A stretch of 64,000 nt of DNA from Euprymna scolopes. Lineage: Eukaryota. The position numbers and the translations under genes are program-made. Shown one piece after another: positions 48,237-60,100 of this stretch (its first letter is position 1; the number at the start of each line of letters is the position of its first letter). The stretch is from NCBI GenBank assembly GCA_053919585.1, contig CM132827.1; one strand, 5' to 3'. The notes below the pieces were generated by a model. The model saw only the letters and a list, made by a program, of their open reading frames with translations, ran no database searches and was not told the origin of the DNA.

Positions 48237-48995
48237 ATGGCAAATTCAAATCTTGTTGGTCGAATAGAAGCTAAAAAGTTTCGTATAACTGCTTCTTTGG
48301 ATTGGATGAAGGAGAGAGGAGGTGGGCGTTGTATAAATAATTTTTCTTCCGACATCGAGAAACGATTGTCTGAAATAGATGATTTATTAGATCAGTTAAT
48401 TTTAAAGTCCCCAGATGAGGAAAGACTAAATATATGTCGGGATTTCGAAATATTTAAAGCGGGAGTCCACGATAGATTGGCTGAGCTCCAGCCAGAGATT
48501 GAGAAATCAAGGGATATTGTTCCCATGAAAATGGAGTTGGAGTGCTCCCCCTTTCGTGGGGATCCAACTCCTAATAAGTTTGAGTTCCGTGGGTTCCTAA
48601 GGAAATTTGAATTCTGTACTGCGAACATGAAAAATGCAGATAAATTATTATTGCTAAAATCCAAATTATCAGGAGAGGCGTTTAATATTATTTCTAGGTT
48701 TGATGTGATTCCCGAGAATTACGAAGCTGCTTTGGAGTGTCTGAAGGAAAAATATTTAAATCCTTCAGCAATTATGAACAAAATATTCGATGACATTATT
48801 CCACAACCAGACCATTTTGCGTCTTTGAGGGATATCAGAATCTTCGTCCAGCGAGTCAAACTTGAACTGACGGAAATGGATAATTCCTTTGGCACGGATT
48901 TTCTTACAGATAAATCCACCTCAGGAAGATTAATAGCTCATATTCTGTTCGCTAAATTTCCGAACAGTGTTCGCAGAGAAATAATGAATAAATGA
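48237..48995 (+). pseudogene. gag: BEL/Pao gag (DUF1759-like)
   Basis: PF.G....F..F..KF, ADKLLLLKSKLSGEA, ENYEAALECLKEKY motifs; premature stop. Confidence 0.8.
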
Positions 48996-49147
48996 ATGCG
49001 TCAAGGTGGGAAAAATTCCCGCCAAACATGTCGGGTTCGTTGAATGCTGGAACCCTTGTGGCGAAGAATTCGGAGCCAAAACAAATCAAGTCCTTTCAGA
49101 GTAATAATAACTCTTAGTCTTTCGTCAAAAATGGCGAAAATAAATTT

Positions 49148-49395
49148 TGTAAATTGTGTCAGGTTGATGGTCACCTGACAAAAGTTTGTTCTAAATTTCC
49201 AAATTCGGAATCTAAAATTATTCGAGCGAAAGAATTAAGATTATGTCTCCGGTGCCTCGGTGAGCACTCAGAGTCCAGCTGCAGGGGGGTTAAGGGGTTC
49301 CCCTTCCCTTGCAGTAATTGTGGTCTAAAAAACCATTATTCCTTAATGTGTCCAAAAGAATCTAAGTCCTTTGTGGGACGTACTTTCGTGGCGGA
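49148..49395 (+). pseudogene. gag: BEL/Pao gag triple zinc knuckle
   Basis: CKLCQVDGHLTKVC, CLRCLGEHSESSC, CSNCGLKNHYSLMC. Confidence 0.8.
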
Positions 49396-49440
49396 TCAGG
49401 ACAAGAGTATTAGTCCTGTACTCACCAGAATTGTTGTCAT

Positions 49441-50739
49441 ATGGGAGCAAATTCAACCCTTAGCAAGGTGAGGCTATCGGGTTTTTGGATCCCCCAAGGG
49501 AGACAAGCGGTGAAGTCGGTTCTCCGTGACTGTGTTATATGTAAGAGAATTAATTCTCTACCGTACAAAGCACCCTCTGGGTCTCAACTGCCTTCTGATA
49601 GAGTAAATTTTGTCCGGCCCTTCAAATGTGTAGGGGTGGATTTTACTGGACATTTTTTTGTCAAAAACAATGATGAGGATGTCAAAATGTACATCCTACT
49701 GTTTACTTGCATGAGTTTACGTGCCATACACTTGGAATTGGTACCGGACATGAGCGCAAGATCCTTCTTGTTAGCGTTTGTTAGGTTCACCAACTTATTT
49801 GGTGTACCAACTCATATGTATTCCAACAATGCTAAATCTTTCATAGCGTCGGGTATTATATTATCAGACATATTTGTGTCTGATGAATTTAGAGAATATT
49901 TCAAATCCACTACTATTGTTCATTATACAATTCCCCTGTACTCTGCATGGCAAGGTGGAGTATGGGAGAGATTAATTAAAACTGTGAAACAGTGTCTTTC
50001 CAAGTTGTTGGGTAGGAGGAGGGTCGGTTATTTCGAGTTCCTAACCGCCGTTTCAGATGTTCAAAAGGCCATAAATGATAGGCCACTAACATTTATTTCA
50101 GCTTCTGATAGAGGCCTTGATGGGTTGACTCCCAACCATTTTTTGCAGACAGGATATCATCCCCGCTTGCTTATCAATCTTAGCGGTTCAGAGAACCCTT
50201 GTCCAGAACCTCCAAATAGAAATTCGCTCTTACATTCCCTTGAAATGAGGGATGAATTTGTCAGTAAATTTAAACATACTTGGCATAATGACTACTTGCT
50301 CTCAATTAGAGAAGTAGACGCCCACATTACAGAAAATGAAACCTCTAAAATATCAGAGGGTGAAATTGTTCTTATCAAAGCTCCTAATAAGTCCCGGCCC
50401 TTCTGGAGGTTTGGTAGGGTAGTAAAATTATTGTTCGGAAAGGACAACAAGGTTCGTTCGGCCTCAGTGCTGAAAGACGGGTGTGTCCAAATTCATTCCT
50501 TAAAAAATATTTATCCTTTAGAGATAAAACATAATCCTGAACCTGCATTAGCAGAATTTGCGGAAGAAGGAGGCCTCTTCTTTTGCCCCACGTGTTCAGT
50601 CGCCAACGACGGAACAACGCCTATGTTGTGTTGCGACTCGTGCAATGAGTGGTACCATTTTAGTTGTGTCGGGGTCGACCAACAAGTTACCGTTGAAGAT
50701 TGGGTGTGTCCGGATTGTGCGGACCAAACACCAAGTTAA
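49441..50739 (+). CDS. BEL/Pao integrase with C-terminal PHD finger (second catalytic Asp replaced by Asn)
   Basis: HQNCCHMG..FWIP..CVIC, VGVDFTG, LFTC..RAIHLELV, YSNNA, WQGGVWERL, INDRPL, LTPNHFL, DUF5641-like W..DYL/WRFGRV, then C4HC3 PHD. Confidence 0.88.
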   Translation: MGANSTLSKVRLSGFWIPQGRQAVKSVLRDCVICKRINSLPYKAPSGSQLPSDRVNFVRPFKCVGVDFTGHFFVKNNDEDVKMYILLFTCMSLRAIHLELVPDMSARSFLLAFVRFTNLFGVPTHMYSNNAKSFIASGIILSDIFVSDEFREYFKSTTIVHYTIPLYSAWQGGVWERLIKTVKQCLSKLLGRRRVGYFEFLTAVSDVQKAINDRPLTFISASDRGLDGLTPNHFLQTGYHPRLLINLSGSENPCPEPPNRNSLLHSLEMRDEFVSKFKHTWHNDYLLSIREVDAHITENETSKISEGEIVLIKAPNKSRPFWRFGRVVKLLFGKDNKVRSASVLKDGCVQIHSLKNIYPLEIKHNPEPALAEFAEEGGLFFCPTCSVANDGTTPMLCCDSCNEWYHFSCVGVDQQVTVEDWVCPDCADQTPS

Positions 50740-51139
50740 TAATTGTATATTCCTTTTATAGACTCATCAGTAGAGTCATACCTTTTATTACTAATCAATT
50801 CTCTGTTTGCCATAGAGAGATCGTTATAAGTTCAGATTGACAACAGACACACATTGAATTTAATTGCTATTATTGTGTTAATATTAAGTCCTTTGGGACA
50901 GAATTTCATTGTAATAACTTGTCCAAATAGGCAACAATCCTTAATTTCCCGATAAAAAAGAAAGAAATGAGTATCCATTTCTTTCTCTTCCTTCCTATGG
51001 CAGTGTGTTAGAAATTTCAGAATGCAAGGGCGATAACCGCGTGATTGTAGATCACGCGATTATTTCAACCAATGGTATTGCGTTGTTCAGTTGCTAAGGA
51101 GGATTAAGAATTGGCGGGAATTTTGTGTTTCAAAAAACA

Positions 51140-54100
51140 GATTTCAACAGGACGCCGAAAAGGGTGGACGCTCGTAATCTCGCTCCGTGTCTATTGAACT
51201 AAGGCATGGTTCTAAAACAAGATTTCAACTCGGCGCCGAAGAAGACGGGCGCATGTAATCTCGCTCCGTGTCTATTGAACTAAGGCATGGTTCTAAAACA
51301 AGATTTCAACTCGGCGCCGAAGAAGACGGACGCATGTAATCTCGCTCCGTATCTATTGAACTAAGGCATGGTTCTAAAACAAGATTTAAACTCGGCGCCG
51401 AAGAAGACGGACGCATGTAATCTCGCTCCGTGTCTATTGAACTAAGGCATGGTTCTAAAACAAGATTTCAACTCGGCGCCGAAGAAGACGGACGCATGTA
51501 ATCTCGCTCCGTGTCTATTGAACTAAGGCATGGTTCTAAAACAAGATTTCAACTCGGCGCCGAAGAAGACGGACGCATGTAATCTCGCTCCGTGTCTATT
51601 GAACTAAGGCATGGTTCTAAAACAAGATTTCAACTCGGCGCCGAAGAAGACGGACGCATGTAATCTCGCTCCGTGCCTATTGAACTAAGGCATGGTTCTA
51701 AAACAAGATTTCAACTCGGCGCCGAAGAAGACGGACGCATGTAATCTCGCTCCGTGCCTATTGAACTAAGGCATGGTTCTAAAACAAGATTTCAACTCGG
51801 CGCCGAAGAAGACGGACGCATGTAATCTCGCTCCGTGTCTATTGAACTAAGGCATGGTTCTAAAACAAAATTTCAACTCGGCGCCGAAGAAGACGGACGC
51901 ATGTAATCTCGCTCCGTGCCTATTGAACTAAGGCATGGTTCTAAAACAAGATTTCAACTCGGCGCCGAAGAAGACGGACGCATGTAATCTCGCTCATTGC
52001 CTATTGAACTAAGGCATGGTTCTAAAACAAGATTTCAACTCGGCGCCGAAGAAGACGGACGCATGTAATCTCGCTCCGTGCCTATTGAACTAAGGCATGG
52101 TTCTAAAACAAGATTTCAACTCGGCGCCGAAGAAGACGGACGCATGTAATCTCGCTCCGTGTCTATTGAACTAAGGCATGGTTCTAAAACAAGATTTCAA
52201 CTCGGCGCCGAAGAAGACGGACGCATGTAATCTCGCTCCGTGCCTATTGAACTAAGGCATGGTTCTAAAACAAGATTTCAACTCGGCGCCGAAGAAGACG
52301 GACGCATGTAATCTCGCTCCGTGTCTATTGAACTAAGGCATGGTTCTAAAACAAGATTTCAACTCGGCGCCGAAGAAGACGGACGCATGTAATCTCGCTC
52401 CGTGCCTATTGAACTAAGGCATGGTTCTAAAACAAGATTTCAACTCGGCGCCGAAGAAGACGGACGCATGTAATCTCGCTCATTGCCTATTGAACTAAGG
52501 CATGGTTCTAAAACAAGATTTCAACTCGGCGCCGAAGAAGACGGACGCATGTAATCTCGCTCCGTGTCTATTGAACTAAGGCATGGTTCTAAAACAAGAT
52601 TTCAACTCGGCGGCGAAGAAGACGGACGCATGTAATCTCGCTCCGTATCTATTGAACTAAGGCATGGTTCTAAAACAAGATTTCAACTCGGCGCCGAAGA
52701 AGACGGACGCATGTAATCTCGCTCCGTGTCTATTGAACTAAGGCATGGTTCTAAAACAAGATTTCAACTCGGCGCCGAAGAAGACGGACGCATGTAATCT
52801 CGCTCCGTATCTATTGAACTAAGGCATGGTTCTAAAACAAGATTTCAACTCGGCGCCGAAGAAGATGGACGCATGTAATCTCGCTCCGTGTCTATTGAAC
52901 TAAGGCATGGTTCTAAAACAAGATTTCAACTAGGCGCCGAAGAAGACGGACGCATGTAATCTCGCTCCGTGTCTATTGAACTAAGGCATGGTTCTAAAAC
53001 AAGATTTCAACTCGGCGCCGAAGAAGACATACGCATGTAATCTCGCTCCGTGTCTATTGAACTAAGGCATGGTTCTAAAACAAGATTTAAACTCGGCGCC
53101 GAAGAAGAAAGACGCATGTAATCTCGCTCCGTGTCTATTGAACTAAGGCATGGTTCTAAAACAAGATTTCAACTCGGCGCCGAAGAAGACGGACGCATGT
53201 AATCTCGCTCCGTGCCTATTGAACTAAGGCATGGTTCTAAAACAAGATTTCAACTCGGCGCCGAAGAAGACGGACGCATGTAATCTCGCTCATTGCCTAT
53301 TGAACTAAGGCATGGTTCTAAAACAAGATTTCAACTCGGCGCCGAAGAAGACGGACGCATGTAATCTCGCTCCGTGTCTATTGAACTAAGGCATGGTTCT
53401 AAAACAAGATTTCAACTCGGCGCCGAAGAAGACAAACGCATGTAATCTCGCTCCGTGCCTATTGAACTAAGGCATGGTTCTAAAACAAGATTTCAACTCG
53501 GCGCCGAAGAAGACGGACGCATGTAATCTCGCTCATTGCCTATTGAACTAAGGCATGGTTCTAAAACAAGATTTCAACTCGGCGCCGAAGAAGACGGACG
53601 CATGTAATCTCGCTCCGTGTCTATTGAACTAAGGCATGGTTCTAAAACAAGATTTCAACTCGGCGCCGAAGAAGACGGGTGCATGTAATCTCGCTCCGTG
53701 CCTATTGAACTAAGGCATGGTTCTAAAACAAGATTTCAACTCGGCGCCAAAGAAGACGGACGCATGTAATCTCGCTCCGTGTCTATTGAACTAAGGCATG
53801 GTTCTAAAACAAGATTTCAACTCAGCGCCGAAGAAGACGGACGCATGTAATCTCGCTCCGTGCCTATTGAACTAAGGCATGGTTCTAAAACAAGATTTCA
53901 ACTCGGCGCCGAAGAAGACGGACGCATGTAATCTCGCTCCGTGCCTATTGAACTAAGGCATGGTTCTAAAACAAGATTTCAACTCGGCGCCGAAGAAGAC
54001 GGACGCATGTAATCTCGCTCCGTGCCTATTGAACTAAGGCATGGTTCTAAAACAAGATTTCAACTCGGCGCCGAAGAAGACGGACGCATGTAATCTCGCT

Positions 54101-57100
54101 CCGTGCCTATTGAACTAAGGCATGGTTCTAAAACAAGATTTCAACTCGGCGCCGAAGAAGACGGACGCATGTAATCTCGCTCCGTGTCTATTGAACTAAG
54201 GCATGGTTCTAAAACAAGATTTCAACTCGGCGCCGAAGAAGACGGACGCATGTAATCTCGCTCCGTGCCTATTGAACTAAGGCATGGTTCTAAAACAAGA
54301 TTTCAACTCGGCGCCGAAGAAGACGGACGCATGTAATCTCGCTCATTGCCTATTGAACTAAGGCATGGTTCTAAAACAAGATTTCAACTCGGCGCCGAAG
54401 AAGACGGACGCATGTAATCTCGCTCCGTGTCTATTGAACTAAGGCATGGTTCTAAAACAAGATTTCAACTCGGCGGCGAAGAAGACGGACGCATGTAATC
54501 TCGCTCCGTATCTATTGAACTAAGGCATGGTTCTAAAACAAGATTTCAACTCGGCGCCGAAGAAGACGGACGCATGTAATCTCGCTCCGTGTCTATTGAA
54601 CTAAGGCATGGTTCTAAAACAAGATTTCAACTCGGCGCCGAAGAAGACGGACGCATGTAATCTCGCTCCGTATCTATTGAACTAAGGCATGGTTCTAAAA
54701 CAAGATTTCAACTCGGCGCCGAAGAAGACGGACGCATGTAATCTCGCTCCGTGTCTATTGAACTAAGGCATGGTTCTAAAACAAGATTTCAACTAGGCGC
54801 CGAAGAAGACGGACGCATGTAATCTCGCTCCGTGTCTATTGAACTAAGGCATGGTTCTAAAACAAGATTTCAACTCGGCGCCGAAGAAGACATACGCATG
54901 TAATCTCGCTCCGTGTCTATTGAACTAAGGCATGGTTCTAAAACAAGATTTAAACTCGGCGCCGAAGAAGAAAGACGCATGTAATCTCGCTCCGTGTCTA
55001 TTGAACTAAGGCATGGTTCTAAAACAAGATTTCAACTCGGCGCCGAAGAAGACGGACGCATGTAATCTCGCTCCGTGCCTATTGAACTAAGGCATGGTTC
55101 TAAAACAAGATTTCAACTCGGCGCCGAAGAAGACGGACGCATGTAATCTCGCTCATTGCCTATTGAACTAAGGCATGGTTCTAAAACAAGATTTCAACTC
55201 GGCGCCGAAGAAGACGGACGCATGTAATCTCGCTCCGTGTCTATTGAACTAAGGCATGGTTCTAAAACAAGATTTCAACTCGGCGCCGAAGAAGACGGGC
55301 GCATGTAATCTCGCTCCGTGCCTATTGAACTAAGGCATGGTTCTAAAACAAGATTTCAACTCGGCGCCAAAGAAGACGGACGCATGTAATCTCGCTCCGT
55401 GTCTATTGAACTAAGGCATGGTTCTAAAACAAGATTTCAACTCGGCGCCGAAGAAGACGGACGCATGTAATCTCGCTCCGTGCCTATTGAACTAAGGCAT
55501 GGTTCTAAAACAAGATTTCAACTCGGCGCCGAAGAAGACGGACGCATGTAATCTCGCTCATTGCCTATTGAACTAAGGCATGGTTCTAAAACAAGATTTC
55601 AACTCGGCGCCGAAGAAGACGGACGCATGTAATCTCGCTCCGTGTCTATTGAACTAAGGCATGGTTCTAAAACAAGATTTCAACTCGGCGCCAAAGAAGA
55701 CGGACGCATGTAATCTCGCTCCGTGCCTATTGAACTAAGGCATGGTTCTAAAACAAGATTTCAACTCGGCGCCAAAGAAGACGGACGCATGTAATCTCGC
55801 TCCGTGTCTATTGAACTAAGGCATGGTTCTAAAACAAGATTTCAACTCGGCGCCAAAGAAGACGGACGCATGTAATCTCGCTCCGTGTCTATTGAACTAA
55901 GGCATGGTTCTAAAACAAGATTTCAACTCAGCGCCGAAGAAGACGGACGCATGTAATCTCGCTCCGTGTCTATTGAACTAAGGCATGGTTCTAAAACAAG
56001 ATTTCAACTCGGCGCCGAAGAAGACGGACGCATGTAATCTCGCTCCGTGTCTATTGAACTAAGGCATGGTTCTAAAACAAGATTTCAACTCGGCGCCAGA
56101 GAAGACGGACGCATGTAATCTCGCTCCGTGTCTATTGAACTAAGGCATGGTTCTAAAACAAGATTTCAACTCAGCGCCGAAGAAGACGGACGCATGTAAT
56201 CTCGCTCCGTGCCTATTGAACTAAGGCATGGTTCTAAAACAAGATTTCAACTCGGCGCCGAAGAAGACGGACGCATGTAATCTCGCTCCGTGTCTATTGA
56301 ACTAAGGCATGGTTCTAAAACAAGATTTCAACTCGGCGCCGAAGAAGACGGACGCATGTAATCTCGCTCCGTATCTATTGAACTAAGGCATGGTTCTAAA
56401 ACAAGATTTCAACTCGGCGCCGAAGAAGACGGACGCATGTAATCTCGCTCCGTGTCTATTGAACTAAGGCATGGTTCTAAAACAAGATTTCAACTCGGCG
56501 CCGAAGAAGACGGACGCATGTAATCTCGCTCCGTGTCTATTGAACTAAGGCATGGTTCTAAAACAAGATTTCAACTCGGCGCCGAAGAAGACATACGCAT
56601 GTAATTTCGCTCCGTGTCTATTGAACTAAGGCATGGTTCTAAAACAAGATTTAAACTCGGCGCCGAAGAAGAAAGACGCATGTAATCTCGCTCCGTGTCT
56701 ATTGAACTAAGGCATGGTTCTAAAACAAGATTTCAACTCGGCGCCGAAGAAGACGGACGCATGTAATCTCGCTCCGTGCCTATTGAACTAAGGCATGGTT
56801 CTAAAACAAGATTTCAACTCGGCGCCGAAGAAGACGGACGCATGTAATCTCGCTCATTGCCTATTGAACTAAGGCATGGTTCTAAAACAAGATTTCAACT
56901 CGGCGCCGAAGAAGACGGACGCATGTAATCTCGCTCCGTGTCTATTGAACTAAGGCATGGTTCTAAAACAAGATTTCAACTCGGCGCCGAAGAAGACGGA
57001 CGCATGTAATCTCGCTCCGTGCCTATTGAACTAAGGCATGGTTCTAAAACAAGATTTCAACTCGGCGCCGAAGAAGACGGACGCATGTAATCTCGCTCAT

Positions 57101-60100
57101 TGCCTATTGAACTAAGGCATGGTTCTAAAACAAGATTTCAACTCGGCGCCGAAGAAGACGGACGCATGTAATCTCGCTCCGTGTCTATTGAACTAAGGCA
57201 TGGTTCTAAAACAAGATTTCAACTCGGCGCCGAAGAAGACGGGCGCATGTAATCTCGCTCCGTGCCTATTGAACTAAGGCATGGTTCTAAAACAAGATTT
57301 CAACTCGGCGCCAAAGAAGACGGACGCATGTAATCTCGCTCCGTGTCTATTGAACTAAGGCATGGTTCTAAAACAAGATTTCAACTCAGCGCCGAAGAAG
57401 ACGGACGCATGTAATCTCGCTCCGTGCCTATTGAACTAAGGCATGGTTCTAAAACAAGATTTCAACTCGGCGCCGAAGAAGACGGACGCATGTAATCTCG
57501 CTCCGTGCCTATTGAACTAAGGCATGGTTCTAAAACAAGATTTCAACTCGGCGCCGAAGAAGACGGACGCATGTAATCTCGCTCATTGCCTATTGAACTA
57601 AGGCATGGTTCTAAAACAAGATTTCAACTCGGCGCCGAAGAAGACGGACGCATGTAATCTCGCTCCGTGTCTATTGAACTAAGGCATGGTTCTAAAACAA
57701 GATTTCAACTCGGCGCCGAAGAAGACGGACGCATGTAATCTCGCTCCGTGCCTATTGAACTAAGGCATGGTTCTAAAACAAGATTTCAACTCGGCGCCAA
57801 AGAAGACGGACGCATGTAATCTCGCTCCGTGTCTATTGAACTAAGGCATGGTTCTAAAACAAGATTTCAACTCAGCGCCGACGAAGACGGACGCATGTAA
57901 TCTCGCTCCGTGTCTATTGAACTAAGGCATGGTTCTAAAACAAGATTTCAACTCGGCGCCGAAGAAGACGGACGCATGTAATCTCGCTCCGTGTCTATTG
58001 AACTAAGGCATGGTTCTAAAACAAGATTTCAACTCGGCGCCGAAGAAGACGGACGCATGTAATCTCGCTCCGTGTCTATTGAACTAAGGCATGGTTCTAA
58101 AACAAGATTTCAACTCAGCGCCGAAGAAGACGGACGCATGTAATCTCGCTCCGTGCCTATTGAACTAAGGCATGGTTCTAAAACAAGATTTCAACTCGGC
58201 GCCGAAGAAGACGGACGCATGTAATCTCGCTCCGTGCCTATTGAACTAAGGCATGGTTCTAAAACAAGATTTCAACTCGGCGCCGAAGAAGACGGACGCA
58301 TGTAATCTCGCTCATTGTCTTTTGAACTAAGGCATGGTTCTAAAACAAGATTTCAACTCGGCGCCGAAGAAGACAGACGCATGTAATCTCGCTCCGTGTC
58401 TATTGAACTAAGGCATGGTTCTAAAACAAGATTTCAACTCGGCGCCGAAGAAGACGGACGCATGTAATCTCGCTCCGTGCCTATTGAACTAAGGCATGGT
58501 TCTAAAACAAGATTTCAACTCGGCGCCAAAGAAGACGGACGCATGTAATCTCGCTCCGTGTCTATTGAACTAAGGCATGGTTCTAAAACAAGATTTCAAC
58601 TCAGCGCCGAAGAAGACGGACGCATGTAATCTCGCTCCGTGCCTATTGAACTAAGGCATGGTTCTAAAACAAGATTTCAACTCGGCGCCGAAGAAGACGG
58701 ACGCATGTAATCTCGCTCCGTGCCTATTGAACTAAGGCATGGTTCTAAAACAAGATTTCAACTCGGCGCCGAAGAAGACGGACGCATGTAATCTCGCTCA
58801 TTGCCTATTGAACTAAGGCATGGTTCTAAAACAAGATTTCAACTCGGCGCCGAAGAAGACGGACGCATGTAATCTCGCTCCGTGTCTATTGAACTAAGGC
58901 ATGGTTCTAAAACAAGATTTCAACTCGGCGCCGAAGAAGACGGATGCATGTAATCTCGCTCCGTGCCTATTGAACTAAGGCATGGTTCTAAAACAAGATT
59001 TCAACTCGGCGCCAAAGAAGACGGACGCATGTAATCTCGCTCCGTGTCTATTGAACTAAGGCATGGTTCTAAAACAAGATTTCAACTCAGCGCCGAAGAA
59101 GACGGACGCATGTAATCTCGCTCCGTGCCTATTGAACTAAGGCATGGTTCTAAAACAAGATTTCAACTCGGCGCCAAAGAAGACGGACGCATGTAATCTC
59201 GCTCCGTGCCTATTGAACTAAGGCATGGTTCTAAAACAAGATTTCAACTCGGCGCCGAAGAAGACGGACGCATGTAATCTCGCTCATTGCCTATTGAACT
59301 AAGGCATGGTTCTAAAACAAGATTTCAACCTGGCGCAGAAGAAGACGGACGCATGTAATCTCGCTCCGTGTCTATTGAACTAAGGCATGGTTCTAAAACA
59401 AGATTTCAACTCGGCGCCGAAGAAGACGGACGCATGTAATCTCGCTCCGTGCCTATTGAACTAAGGCATGGTTCTAAAACAAGATTTCAACTCGGACCCA
59501 AAGAAGACGGACGCATGTAATCTCGCTCCGTGTCTATTGAACTAAGGCATGGTTCTAAAACAAGATTTCAACTCAGCGCCGAAGAAGACGGACGCATGTA
59601 ATCTCGCTCATTGCCTATTGAACTAAGGCATGGTTCTAAAACAAGATTTCAACCTGGCGCCGAAGAAGACGGACGCATGTAATCTCGCTCCGTGTCTATT
59701 GAACTAAGGCATGGTTCTAAAACAAGATTTCAACTCAGCGCCGAAGAAGACGGACGCATGTAATCTCGCTCATTGCCTATTGAACTAAGGCATGGTTCTA
59801 AAACAAGATTTCAACCTGGCGCCGAAGAAGACGGACGCATGTAATCTCGCTCCGTGTCCATTGAACTAAGGCATGGTTCTAAAACAAGATTTCAACTCGG
59901 CGCCGAAGAAGACGGACGCATGTAATCTCGCTCCGTGCCTATTGAACTAAGGCATGGTTCTAAAACAAGATTTCAACTCAGCGCCGAAGAAGACGGACGC
60001 ATGTAATCTCGCTCCGTGCCTATTGAACTAAGGCATGGTTCTAAAACAAGATTTCAACTCGGCGCCGAAGAAGACGGACGCATGTAATCTCGCTCCGTGT

